Origin: the human T2T-CHM13v2.0 reference genome, Homo sapiens
NCBI RefSeq assembly: GCF_009914755.1
Contig: NC_060943.1
DNA: 64,000 nt
Reading direction: 5' to 3' (one strand)
Under the pieces are notes generated by a model. That model saw only the letters and a list, made by a program, of their open reading frames with translations, had not been told where the DNA came from and did not search any database. The translations under genes were made by a program, and so were the position numbers. This document shows, piece after piece, positions 1 through 33,660 of this stretch; within the stretch, counting starts at the first letter, position 1; the number at the start of each line of letters is the position of its first letter.

Positions 1-1195
1 ACAGAGTATTAACAAGATGCCAGGCAACTCCATTCTGAGCCCCTGCCCTGTACTACATCACTGCTCCGCAGAGCCCTAGAAAGCCTCCACACAGACCTTC
101 CACTACAGACCTGACCTGTGACCTGTGCTCTGGGCACTTGATGACAATGGTCCTGGCTCTGCATGTGTGCTGTGCACATGATGTCCAAGCTCACCAGCAG
201 CCCCCAAGAAAGCTGTCATCACTCCGCCACACAGGACAAGGGGCAACCAAAGCCCGGTAAGTCAGGCGGCATCCTGGAATCTCGAAGGCCATCTGGTCCC
301 AGCAGACAGCCTTCACGGAGCTCTCACCAGTTAAGACACTGACCAGAGCTCACGCTCATTACCTGCCTCCTGACAACCGCATCACCAGCTAAGGCAGAGG
401 CCACTGCTACCCCCAAGTCACTACAGAGGATGCTGAGAACAGAGCAGAGCCGGCACAAGAGGCCAAGGGTGCCTCTCCCGCAGGCCCTCACCACCATCAC
501 TCCCAGGCACAGATGCTAGTCCCTCTCCTCCAACGCCCTTCTGCAGCTTCTTCCAGTTCAGTCATTCCCTCTGCACAGGCCTCCACCATCTCCTCGAGCC
601 CTGCTGACCTGTCACCTCAGTGCCCACCAGCCCCCAGGCCTGACTCAGCCCCAGGCCCCAGGGAAGAGACAGGGAGACGTGGAGCACCAGGCCCAGGGAA
701 GAGACTTCATCGGAGCTTAGGAGAGCAGCCTGGGCTGACAAAACGCAGGACAGAGTCCCACACATGGCCTCAGGCAGGTCGAACGCCTCTTGGGCCTCCT
801 TTCCTCTCCTTCCTGGCTAGCTTGAAGCCAGGCCAGCCTGGGGCCAGGATCTCCTTGCTCATCCACCCTGACCACCCTAAGGCTGGGCTCAGCACAGAAG
901 GTTGCAGTCCAGACCTTGCTCCCAGTCTGCCCGTCTGCCTCGGTAACTCTAGATTGGCAACAATCTTGATATAACACTATATGGGTCCCTACACCTGGCC
1001 AATGACAGTTGAGGGTGGAGCAGAGGGAAGAGTTCCATGACCAACGACAGTCATGGCGGCAGCAGGAGGACTAGGGGAGATAGCAGCAGCCTCCAGGCAT
1101 TTGAACCCCTGCTCCTCTGGGGGGCCTGCCAGGTCCCAGTCCACAGCACCCAGTGACTCACCACTTACCCCTCACCAGTCCACTTTTCCCAATAA

Positions 1196-1800
<605 letters not shown>

Positions 1801-4151
1801 CCTTTTAAAGCACAAACATGAGTACCCGCACCTGCTCGGTGATGTGCACTCCACCAAGCCTGCATCCAGGCTCTCGTGCCCCTGCCCAGCCAGCTCACTG
1901 ACTGACCTCCATGCCCACGGTGACCCCAGTGCCCTGGGGAGGCCGTGCCCCATGCCACCTCGCCAGTGCTCCTGGGGCTGCCACTTCAGGTGTCTCCTGC
2001 ACAGCCCGTGGCTGCCTGAGGCACAGTGCTGGATGGATATCCAGGAGGCCCTGCGGGTCTGGGTGGATGGGGGCATTCCAGGCAATGATGTCGATGGTAT
2101 CAGCCACTGCGCTCCAGCACCTGCACTGCGCTGACTACTCTGAAAAGGACTTCACAGCCATCACCTCCACCAACTCTCACAACCACCCTCCAGGGAATGG
2201 CCTTATTTTACAGGAGAGGAAACTGAGGCACACCAAAGTAAATGCCTATGCCCCGATCCAGGGGTTGGCGGGCAGTGAAGCTGGCACTCTCAGCTTTCAG
2301 AAGTTGTATTTTCAGGGTGCAGAGCCCTTGTCCCAGCACAGGGCCTGTGTAGTGGACACTTAAGGGATGAATGAGCGAGTTCCCGCTGAGCCGGCTCCAG
2401 CACTTGCTCTGCCTGAGGGACTAGCCCTGGCCACAGTGACCCCGACTCTCACCTCAGGGAGGAGCCTGCCATTTCCAGGCCCACCCTGAAGGGACCTGTC
2501 TGGATGGTAAACTCCCTGTCCACCTTGTCCCCAGCTGCTAGTGCTTACTCAACAGACATCCCTGGATTCAGGATGGAGGGCTGTGGTCCTCAGGACCCTC
2601 CCAGCCCAGCTGTGACAGCACAGTTCGGCCAGAGGCCTGAGTTCTCCTCCAACCCAGCACCACCAGAAATCTAGGGACTTATCAGGCCTCCCACCCCGAC
2701 CCAGGCACCGCTGACCTCCCCAAACATAACCATCCCACCCCTTCTGCCTGCATGACCACCACTTGACGGCAGGCCCCCCACACTCGACCGCAGGCGACCC
2801 CCGCTCGTTCCCTCTCCCCACAGCCATGCAGAGCTTGCTGAAGGGAAAATCAGAACCGCCCTCTCATCGGGTCAGCGCCTGGGACCCTCAATGACCTCCC
2901 ACTCCCTACTTGCCCTGGCCAAGCTGGCCTTCTGTTTTCAGAACACACTAAGCTTGGGTCTACCCCAGCGACTTTGTCCTAATAACTCACTTTCTCATCC
3001 TCAGATCTCTTACTAAGCATTCACCTCACAGAAGGGCCTTCCCTGGCCTGCCTGGCTCAAGCAGCCCCCAGCCCCGCCTTTGTCCACCACTGTCTCCCTG
3101 TCTCCCTGAGCTGTGCGTTCTGACCTGCCGCCTGGAAGCATCTCTGTGACACAGCAATGAAGCACTGGAGGTACACACTCGTGGCCCTACAATGCTTCCT
3201 CTAGAACCTTCCCCCTAGGTTACCATGGGCACCTGAGGGCAGCACCTAGCATGGAACCTGGCCCTGGCAATAAACGCTCACAAGTATTAGCTGAAAAGCA
3301 AACCTCATTTTCACAAGGCCCCAGCTCCTCCCAGGCAGGAGGCTGCCGTACCTGTCAGGGCGTTAGACGAAGTGAAATCACTCCCACTCCGGCCCCTCCC
3401 AGCCACTCCTACGGGGTCCCTAAATCAGGAGGTGGGGGAAAGTGCAAGATCGCCCTGGGCAGGCAATGGGTGTGTATTTTCCCCTGTGTCAAGAGTGACG
3501 AAGGCACCACCACCTCACAAGGAAATACAACTGTTTCCCTTCCTTGCTCCGGGAACCTCTGTGTGCACAGTGGTAACTCCCCACCTCCCCACTTCTGCCC
3601 AGATGCTAGACCTCCTCAAGGGACCATCCCCTACTTCCCAGCCCGCTTGACAAGGAATGCGACAGGCCGACCACCAAGTGTCCATGTCACAGATGAGAAA
3701 ACTCAGGCTCAGCAAAGGTGACTCACCAGCGTGCTGAGGGAAGCGGGAGGGGGAATGGATTTCCTGATCTGGGTGTACCTGGGACCAGAATAATCTCAAG
3801 GGGCAACCGCCAAATTTATCATGACTCTGCCAATTTCCGGCCTAAGGCTGTGGCGAGCAAAGCACCGAGACGTGGCAAGCACACACACACAGCCTCTTTC
3901 TCCGTGGGAGACCAAGCAGGCTGATAGGCTGCCCATGCCATGCCAGCAAAGCCAGTCCCAAGGAACCACACACTGCAGGCCTCCACCTATGTGAAGCATC
4001 CAGAACAGGCAAATCCATAGAGACAGAAAAGAGCTTACAGGCTTCCAGGAGCTGGCGGGGACTGGGCGAAGTTCCTGAAAGGAAAGGGTGATTAAAAAAA
4101 AGTTCCAAAATCAATTGTGGTGATGTTTCCACAACGTTGTGAATACACTAA

Positions 4152-4782
<631 letters not shown>

Positions 4783-7700
4783 GTACACTCTAAATGGATG
4801 AACTGTACAGAATATCTCAATAAAAACTGTTGGGGGAAAAAAAAAAACCTGCCTCAGGCCATCGGCCATGGCAGGGACAGAGCCAGGGCCAGGCTCAGGC
4901 CTTGCACTATGTCCCAGCGTCCGCAGAGCTGATGAGATGCCGGCCAGCCTGGCAGAGCTGAAGCTGCCAAGGCTCAGCCCTGGGGCACTCACCCAGGTTA
5001 CCCCTTCCCCATCCCTCACCACCAACAGCTCTAAGCTAAGTGAGCCCCTCCACAGTGGGGACGGGATAGGAGCAGCACCAAGCCAGCATCTGTAGAAAAT
5101 CCATGGACCCGCACTTGCAGAGACACTTGTCTCGGCTCCACATCAAGACCAAGTAAAGAATTCTTATTATTCCGACAGAGTCTCATGTGGAAGAGGGGCC
5201 CAGAGGGGTGGAGCCACATGGCTAGCAAGAGGCTTCCAGTGTGCCCTGGTCTCTAAACAACAGGCAGAAATTCTCACACTGAGGCCCACCGTTCACTTCT
5301 AAGATACCTGATTAAAGGGCACAGGCATGGCCCTCGGCCCCCAAACCCCCTACCCCTGGTACAGACTAACCATCTGCTTCGGGGAAAAGGTCAGGCTTCC
5401 CCTCCAAACCGAGCTCCCCAGACAACTGGGGCAGGGGCAGCCAGAATGAGACGGGAGGGTGCTCGCTGGTGCACGGCATCCAAGAACTTCGGCCCTGAGA
5501 ACCCAGGCAGCGCCCTGAACTCTCCATCTCAAGTGGCTCCTCTGAAAATCAGAATAGACTGAAAGGCTCAAATGCAATTGAGTGGTCGACACTCTACAGA
5601 CCTCAATTATCAGGCTCTAAACAGAATGAAGATGCAAATATGGAAGAACAGAAAAAAAGAGAAAAAAACTTTCCCCCACCACAACCTCTGAATGCACTAT
5701 GGCCTGAAGCCCTCTCAGTCCCCTCTCCCAACCTAATGAAGCCTGCTAGAATCCCTGCGAATGGAGCAGGAGAGTGGGTTTCACTCGCACTCTCCTGGTG
5801 AACCTGGGCAGGCGCTTGATTTCTCTGAGTCTCATTTCCTCATCCGTGAAAAGGAGACACAGCCCACCAGGGCGGGCTGCTGTGAAAAGGCATTGAGCTA
5901 AAGCAGGTGGCCGTGACACAGCAGGAGCTCAGCAGGTGCAAGTCTCTTCCGGTCCAACCCTGAGGCCACGTCCAGATGCTTTCTGGCAGGACAGGTAGGG
6001 GACCGGTCACTACCCCAAAGGTGATGGTGCTAAACACAGAGGAGCAGGAGAAAGACTCTACCCATTTGCCTAAGTGACTCAAGTACTTTTCCTCAGACCA
6101 TTCGGATACTACGGCAGGCGCCATGCACCCCGCCACCCCCATTCTTTGCAACTTTTAGCAACTTCAAGAAAGCGGAAGTGACTACCACTAGTTTTTAGCT
6201 ACCGTTTGAAAACCATGAGTCTGGCTGCAAACGGAAGAAGGGGAAATTGTAAATGAGAAAGGAAGCCATTAAAAACGAAAACTACCTCTGCCGCTCTCCC
6301 TCCACCAGCTCTGCACTATTGCCTCTGGTTTCTGACTTAGCTGTGGTGTTTTAGGGCCTTCAACACCAGCCACCCCTCAAGGGCCTGCCAGCCCCTTCCT
6401 TCCCCTGCTTGGACAGGCACTAACTGCGGCTCCCACAGAGCCATCCCCACTGCTGCACGTATCCGCCCAAGCACAGCTCTGCCGCCAGGGAACCGGTGGG
6501 CCCATGCTTCATCTGTCACCCCTTCCCAACCTGCGCTGACCCACGAGCACCCAGAAATGGAGGTCATGGGCACAGATGCCTCAGGGGGCCTCCAGAAACA
6601 GCTGCCTGAGCTGTCCCAATGCTCAGCAGAAGCTCCAACGCCTGGCCCCCTGGCCGGTACCCTAGGAAGGGAAAGAGCCTGCTACCAGCAGCAGGCTGGC
6701 CAGCACCCAGCTCCTTAAAGGGCCCAGAGTCCGGAGGACAGCAAGACCATCTCCCTCTAATGTCCCCCAAGCCTCTGTCAGCTCTCAGCCAAATCTGAAA
6801 GGGGGCTGGGAACACCCAATTCCAGGGATGCAGTGACAGTAATGGCAACCCCACCACCTCTGGGCAGGACCTACGGTGTGTGCCGGCTGCAGAATCCGGC
6901 ATCACCCACCCAGCAAGGAGGAACCAGGGACACCAATTTGATAGAAAGGGCCACTGGGGCCAGAGGAGAAGGGGGAGCGGCCCAAGGCCCAACAAGATGA
7001 TGAGCTAGGGCTTTCCTGTGGCTTGGGAAAGCCTTGGGGAGGGTCCCCACTTAAAGAGAACCCTCAGTGCCTCCCCCTCTGGCCCCAGAAGCACACCCTC
7101 CCAAGGGAGCTAGCAGCCCTGGTCCAACCCCAGAGGATGGAATAACTAGGAAACAGAAGAGTCTAGAAACACTGGCCAAGGACTGGGACGGGGACTTGAA
7201 CATCCACATTCAAATCGTCTCCTGAACTGGCCACAGGTTTAAAGGAAAGAAAGGAAAAGACCAATGAACGGATTTGAAATAGCTCTTTGGAAAAACAGAA
7301 AGGGGCAGAGTTAGGGTTACAGTGTGATCCAAAGTCAGAAAAGCTTGCATTCCCATTTGACCTCCCCAAACTGAAATCTCTGGGGCCTAGACCAAGGATC
7401 TCACCCCACCGAGCCCCAGTTTCCTTATCCGGGAAATACCTCACAGATGGGGTTACTATAAGGCAGCACTCTCTGGAGAAGGACCCACAAAACTGGTGTG
7501 CAAAGGGAAAACCACGGTTTGGCATGGAAAGGCAGGTGAGCCCCATCAAGCCGGGTGCCGAGTGACTCCCACTCTGGCAAGGCCCCTCACTCTCACCAAA
7601 GCTCTCAGGCCTCTCTCACCTCATCTCTTGCTACCTCCCGCGTGGGCGTCACACCTGACTGCCCTCAGCCGGGGCTGGGCTGCTCCCTCCTCCTTCCCGG

Positions 7701-8209
7701 AGCTCTTCGAGTCTGACTAGCTCCTCCTGGGTCCTTCAGGCCCCCACACAGACACCACTTCCTCCAGGGAGCCTCCCCCCCGCATCTGTATTAGAGGCCT
7801 GCTCCACGCCGCTTCCACAGCATCCCGCAGTCACCCTGGAACAGCATGTGAGCCTCGGCTCTGTGACAGGATGTACCTGTTCAGTCATCTGCCTCCCCCT
7901 GAAACATGCCGACTTCCCAGGATCTAGCATAAGGCCAGGCCCAACTAAAGCTACTTGTTGAATTAATGAAAACTGAAGCCAGAGAAAGGTGTTCTGTTAA
8001 GAGCACTGGGCCACACATCCCACAAAAGAAAAAAAATGGGCAGGGGGACCAGACAAGCAGGTTCTCCTCTAATGGAAAGAAACAGTAGATGAACCAACAA
8101 AAGCTAATGGCCACAAAGATGGTGGTGACTCGCAATACACAACTCACCAACTCACAGCTCATGAGTCACAACAGAGCAAATAAGCCACAACGACACACCA
8201 TACCCCAGC

Positions 8210-8435
8210 AGTGGAGCAAAGTTCTCCTCCTCTGCGCTGCTAACATTTGGGCTGGACGGTTCTTTTCGGTGTTGGGGCTGCCCATGCACTGGAGGACACT
8301 TAGCAACATCCCTAGCCTCCACCTCCACTCACCAGATACTGGCAGCATTCCCCCCAGTTGTAACAACCAAAAACATCTCCAGATATCGCCAATCGTCCCC
8401 CAGGGGACACAATCGCCCCCAGTTGAGAGCCACTG
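8210..8435 (+). mobile_element. MER20 (hAT) fossil
   Basis: ...ACAACCAAAAACATCTCCAGATATCGCC...CCCCAGTTGAGAGCCACTG end. Confidence 0.75.
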
Positions 8436-8474
8436 CAATGGACATTCCCAAATCAAATAATAATCGAAAGAACG

Positions 8475-8765
8475 GCCAGGTGTGGTGGTCCATGCCTATA
8501 ATCCCAGCTCTCTGGGAGGCTAGGTAGGAGGACTGCTTGAACCCACGAGTTTGAAATCAGCCTGGGCACCACAGCAGGGCACCAGAGCAAGACCCAGTCT
8601 TTACAAAAAATACAAACATTAGCCAAGCGTGGTACAAAAACACAAAAATTGAGCAAGCATTGCAGGACGTGCCTGTAGTCCTAGCTACTTAGGAGGCTAA
8701 GGTGGGAAAATCACTTGAGTCCAGGAGTTCAAGGCTGGGCAAACGAGCAAAACCCAGTCTCAAAA
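8475..8765 (+). mobile_element. Alu (old, AluJ-like)
   Basis: Alu consensus. Confidence 0.85.
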
Positions 8766-9849
8766 TCATCAACATCAAAACAGCTACTGATTGCAGAGTG
8801 TCATGTGCCTTGCATTCTGCCACAGGCTTCTACAAACCCTGCACTTAATCCCTAGATCCACCCTCTGAGGAGAGCAGTCTGCTATCCCCACTTACAGACG
8901 AGGAACAACTTGTCCAAGGTCTCGCTTGGCAGAAGCCGGACTCGGCCTAGGTCTGTCTGGCAAAAGATCCTCTAACAATTAGCTGGACTGCCTTCTCATG
9001 ATCCCAATCCCAGAACTAGAGTTAAAAAAAAAAAAAAAAAAAAAGCATAACATTTTCAACAGCACAAGCAGCTCCAACAGCCATCCCACCACTAGTAAGC
9101 ACACGTGGCCGGGCGCCGTGTCTCCATGTGTGTTGTGCATGTATGTAAACCAAGTCCTCATCCTGTGTTATCCAGGCAATCTCGAGTCCTTGCTGCATTT
9201 GCAGCGCACGCTAACAGTTAGACCCTCGCCCTTGGGCTGGATGAAATCCCACTGCAGTTTCTCTACAACTGTGAACCCAGTACCGCACCTGACAGTCTAC
9301 GCAGCTTCCTTTCCTGAAACATCTTGCCTTTCAGGCGGGTGTCTATGGTCATGTCTGTGTGTACTACGAGCGAGCAAGAAAGACCCCAACCAGAGGTCCC
9401 ATTAGAGGCCTGGATAAGCACGCCGGGCGGAACTACTCTGCCCCTCACCCTCCCAATACATCTGCACTCAGGACTCCGACCTTCCTTCCTTGACATATCT
9501 GCACGTGCTGCTCCTTCCCCCCCCGGAAGGCCCTTCTTCCCACTCTCCATCTGTCACCTCCTACTCATCCTTCCTAGACAGAAAAAGCCGTCCGTCCAGT
9601 CAGTCTCACCAGTGCCTCCCGCTCTGTGGCCCCCTGCAGCTCCCTAAGTCACCTCGATCACGACACGCAGGAATTGTGACTGTCCGGCTCTGCCTTTGTA
9701 CCCCCTCCAGGGACCGGCCCCACCTCCAGGGCAGGGCCTAGGGCTGATGCCCCCTCCTCGGTGCCCAGCGCCAGGCTCCCTGCCTGCCCTCAGCAGGCTT
9801 CATCTCACTGAAGCAGGCCCGAGTGGTGGCTGCTCCAGAGAAGCCCCGC

Positions 9850-11500
9850 TCCCAGGTCCCTCGCACAAGAAGCCGGAGGCGGGAGAGGGTCGGTCAAGGT
9901 GAAAACAAGCCCCGCTCCTCCAGTCCTGAGCTCCGGGGATCTAAGGAGGCTGCGCCACGGAAGAGGTGGCGGGGCAGAGATCGGGGCGAGAGGGAAGGGT
10001 GTAAGCAGGCAAAGTCCAGGGTAACCAGGGGGAAAGACTCCTGGGGGGCCGGGGAACCGGCCAGAGAGGCAAGAGAGCGGAGCTGAGGCTCAGGGACTGG
10101 GGAGCGCAGCTGCAGAGAGCGAGTGGGAAAAGGCCGAGAGCAAGAGACTGAGACTAGGGTGGCGGCGGAGCTGAGGTGAAGAGATTAAGAGACTGGGGAG
10201 GGTCGAGGGGGAAGAAACGGGGTGCCGTGGAGAGGAAACCCGAAGGAAGGAGGGAAAGGATCCGAAGCAGAAAAGACCCGCGGGGGTCCCGAGAGGGAAA
10301 AGCCTGAGGGGACGCGGAGAGGGGAAGACGTGGGCGCCTGGCCCTGGAGAGAGAGGGTCGGGCGACGCGGGCCGCTCACCTGCGAGGGGGGGCGGCGGCT
10401 CCTCGCACTCGGGGCTCATCGGGGCGCCCCCCCCCGCCCCGCCGCCGGCGGCTCCGGCCCCTGCTGCGGGGCCCGGTGAGTGGGGGCGGGGGCGGCGTCG
10501 GGGACTCGCGCAGGCGCCGGGGCTCGCGGGGTCCGCGCAGGCGCCCGCGGGTCGTGGGGTCCTCGCGCGCCGGGTCCTGCAGAGTTGAGGGGGTCAGCGC
10601 CGGGTGGAGTTGCCGACGGGCGGGGGGCGTCACTAGTCCGCGTAGGCACCTCCGGGGTCCGCAGGCGAGGTGGGCGTGCGGGCCGAGGCGGGTTGGCGAG
10701 CCGGGTCGCGAGGCCCACGCAGGCGCCTCAGCCGGGAAGACGGGGGAAGTTGCCCCGGTTTCCACAGTCCAACCGAGCGCCCCACGGGAGGGGAAGGCGA
10801 CCTCCTCCGCGGTCCAAACGGGCCGCAGAGCCGAGCAGCGACCGACGGAAGCCGAGGCCTACTTCCTTAACCACCCCTTCCCCAAAGCCGCTCAATCTCC
10901 GGGCTCTGCGGCCGGCCTCAGGGCCTCCGACGCCCGGCTCCCTCCGCCACTATCCCACAATCCCCCTAGCGCAGGACGACGCAGGAGGCCCCGCCCTCCC
11001 GCGGCTGTGTTGGTGCGCAGGTGCGGGGGGCGGGGTGCACGCCTGGGCGGTGCAGTGCGCGTGCTCCCGGGCGCTCCCGACACCGCCCACTCTTGAACCC
11101 CGCCGCCGCAGACGCGCTTGCGCCCGTTGGTGCCAACGGTCTGCCCCGGAATAAACCCAGACAGCTCAGTGAGCCGCAGCTGCGCACCGGCTCCGTTCCA
11201 AGGCCCCGTGAATATTCCGCTCCAGGATTTCCCTTCCCACTCGCTCCGTTTGGAAATCCGTTCGCTGTTCTGTCTCCTCTAATCATAGTGGAGCTTTGGC
11301 TCCAGGGTCGGGCTCTTGCGAAATCCAGACCTGGTTTTCGCTCCAGCCAAAGCCAGGCGCCTTCGTTCCGCCCGGCTCTCGCGCTTAGCCGCCTCCGAGC
11401 CTCAGGGGCCCTCAGTCGTTTCCGTCTGCTGGCGATAGTCCCGGCCGGGTCGCTGGTGTTGCCAGTTCCGCCCAAAGCAGCTTCTAATAGCATCAACTGA
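9850..11500. promoter_or_regulatory. PPP6R1: CpG island / promoter of PPP6R1
   Basis: Very high GC and CpG density; GC boxes; NRF1-like GCGCAGGCGC at ~10508 and ~10535. Confidence 0.85.
10380..10960 (-). other. PPP6R1: Non-coding exon 1 of PPP6R1 (5' end approximate); bases 1-10379 are intron 1
   Basis: Minus-strand donor CAG|GTGAGC at 10380|10379 inside the CpG island; gene name from recalled synteny (PPP6R1 lies 3' of HSPBP1); no coding sequence in window. Confidence 0.7.
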
Positions 11501-11671
11501 AAGAGACCTCCTAGACCTTGTGTCTAGATTGATGAAGGTCCCTCTGGCTTTGAGCCTCGGTTTCCCCAACTTTAATAGCTCCCCTCTCTACCCATGTTAG
11601 AGGCCTACTGTAAAAATCGTGTGGGCGCGAGGAACTTTTTTGTTTTTGTTTTTGTTTTAAGACTGCGAATT

Positions 11672-12516
<845 letters not shown>

Positions 12517-12777
12517 GAGAGGCATTTCCTTTTCTCTTTTTTCTATAGAGATGTTTTGTCTTTTACCCAGCATTTGGCTTCCTTGTTTTCTCCACAATAT
12601 GATGGCATCATTGCCACACTGTTTTAACACAGAGGTCAGGAACTGAGGGATAAGGATGTGGCTATAGTCCCTACCCTTCAAATGGAAGCTGGGAAGCTGT
12701 GGGGGCTTTAATGACTGAAGTCTGGATTTCCACCCAGCAGAACTCACAGATATACATTGTGTTTGCATTAGAATTGA

Positions 12778-12978
<201 letters not shown>

Positions 12979-13110
12979 TAGGAAGAGGGGTGATAAAAAC
13001 CAATCCAAATAGACTCAAAAATCCCAGATGCACCAGAACAATCCACACAAAAGGAATGAGTCTGACATCAAATTGTCCTAGGAAACCAGGATACAAGAAA
13101 GAGGAGGATT

Positions 13111-13486
<376 letters not shown>

Positions 13487-13534
13487 TCAGCCTCCTCTGA
13501 GCTCAGCCTCCTCTCTGGAAAAACAACAGCAGTC

Positions 13535-14030
13535 AAAGCTCTTGTCTACAAATGACAAAATTTCTTGTAGCTAAACAGAAAAGGAATTTATTAAAGGAAT
13601 TGAGGCAGCCTCCGACACCCCCACCTCCCGCCCCAATCCCACGTCTCTGAGAAAGCTACAGAATCCGCTTGGCGCTTTGCAGTCAGGAATGAAGCCCACA
13701 CCCAGCCACAGGCCTGCTCCTGAGACACAGTGCAGCCTCCATCAACGGCACCTGGCTCAGACACTCCCGCCAGAATCTCTGCCAGCCCTGTCCAGAAGCC
13801 AGGTGTGGCTGCTCCTGCACTAGCCAGAAGGGAACCTGGGCAGGGGCCCCTCCACCGCCAGCTCTTGGCCCGACGACCGGCGGGCTCTGATTGGTAGAGG
13901 AGCTAGACCACCAGCGGGTTCTGATTGGTGTACAAAACAGATTCCCAGAGAGAGTTCTGATTTGTGGAGCTAATGTCACATGATTACCCTACAGCAAAGG
14001 ATGCTGGGAAGGGAAATGGCGGCTACCCTA
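13535..14030 (-). mobile_element. LTR33-like ERVL LTR
   Basis: AAACAGAAAAGGAATTTATTAAAGGA and CTGATTGG...GTCACATG...AGCAAAGGATGCTGGGAA blocks. Confidence 0.55.
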
Positions 14031-14188
14031 GGGAAAATTTAGATGTCTAACCTGGGAAATTCCTCAAACCTAGAATTCAGGTTTGCCAGGTGGCCGAAAA
14101 AAGGACAGATGTCCCACACACTGTTGCTCAGGAAAGACAGGGAAGAGTAAATGACACAATGGCTCTGTAGATGATAAAGAGCAACACT

Positions 14189-14194
14189 TTTATT
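14189..14194 (-). terminator. HSPBP1: HSPBP1 distal poly(A) signal AATAAA
   Basis: TTTATT on + strand followed (minus sense) by GU/U-rich sequence. Confidence 0.7.
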
Positions 14195-14313
14195 ATTCTT
14201 CCAGTGGCTCCCCAAGTCCCTTAAACCCGTGCCCCTCCTCCCGTCCCCCATGCACCCTCCAAAGGAGATGACAAAGGCGGCAGTGAAGGAGGAGAAGGAG
14301 GAAGAGAAACACC

Positions 14314-14319
14314 TTTATT
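14314..14319 (-). terminator. HSPBP1: HSPBP1 proximal poly(A) signal AATAAA
   Basis: TTTATT on + strand ~235 nt past the stop codon. Confidence 0.6.
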
Positions 14320-14552
14320 GGAAGAGCTGTGTGGACAAGAGAACGGGGATGAGAGTGAGAGCATGGGAGGTGGGGTCCAAGGAGCTGGTGCCTTTCTCAG
14401 CGCCCCTTCCAGGGACTGCACAGAGACGGGCTGGCACACCCTGGGTCCAGGCACCTAGGCCCTGCGATCCCTTGGGAGAGGGCCTTGTAGGTGGGGAGGG
14501 AGGCAAGAGGCCTGGGGTTCCCACGGAGAAGGGGGCAAGAAGCCACCTGGTT

Positions 14553-33142
<18,590 letters not shown>

Positions 33143-33568
33143 GGGCCGTTTGTGAAGAAGGGAAGAATGTGTTAGAGGGAGAAGGTGGTCACCGCTGAAG
33201 CAGCTCTGGCGTCCTGATGGGTCGATTCTTGAGGGTCTGCTGAGAAGGCGGCGTTTCAGGGGAGCTCGGCGACCCCCCATGACCCCAAACCACTCTGCCC
33301 CCAGCCCACTTAACCACAGCCCCTTTTCCTTCCTTCATACCCACAGGACCCTTCCCCAAAGTCATAAGCCTCTCCTTTCTCCCTAGCAACAGGCCCCACC
33401 CACTCTCCCTGGCAACAACCCCCCTTCCCCATCTCCACTGCGTGCGTCCCGTCTCTTAGCAACCTCACTGCTCCGCCTCCGTAGCAACAAGCCCGCCCTT
33501 TGGTCTCCTTAGCAACAAGTCTTCTCCCTCCTCTCCGAAGAGGGGCGCCGGAATAAGGCGGATCTCAC

Positions 33569-33660
33569 CTCCCCGGGTCCTCAAGCCGCCGCTGCTCCTA
33601 CAGACAAAGTCGTCCGCACCTGACTCTGCTGGGCGCCGCCATCTTAACCGGAAATACGCA
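33569..33660 (-). other. HSPBP1: HSPBP1 non-coding exon 1 (donors at 33569 and 33620; TSS approximate)
   Basis: GAG|GTGAGA and CAG|GTGCGG donors just downstream of a YY1/ETS core promoter. Confidence 0.7.

Noticed and set aside
10090-11500. Overlapping 100-224 aa ORFs in the PPP6R1 CpG island
   Set aside because: GC-rich stop depletion, mostly non-ATG starts, low-complexity R/P/G/A peptides
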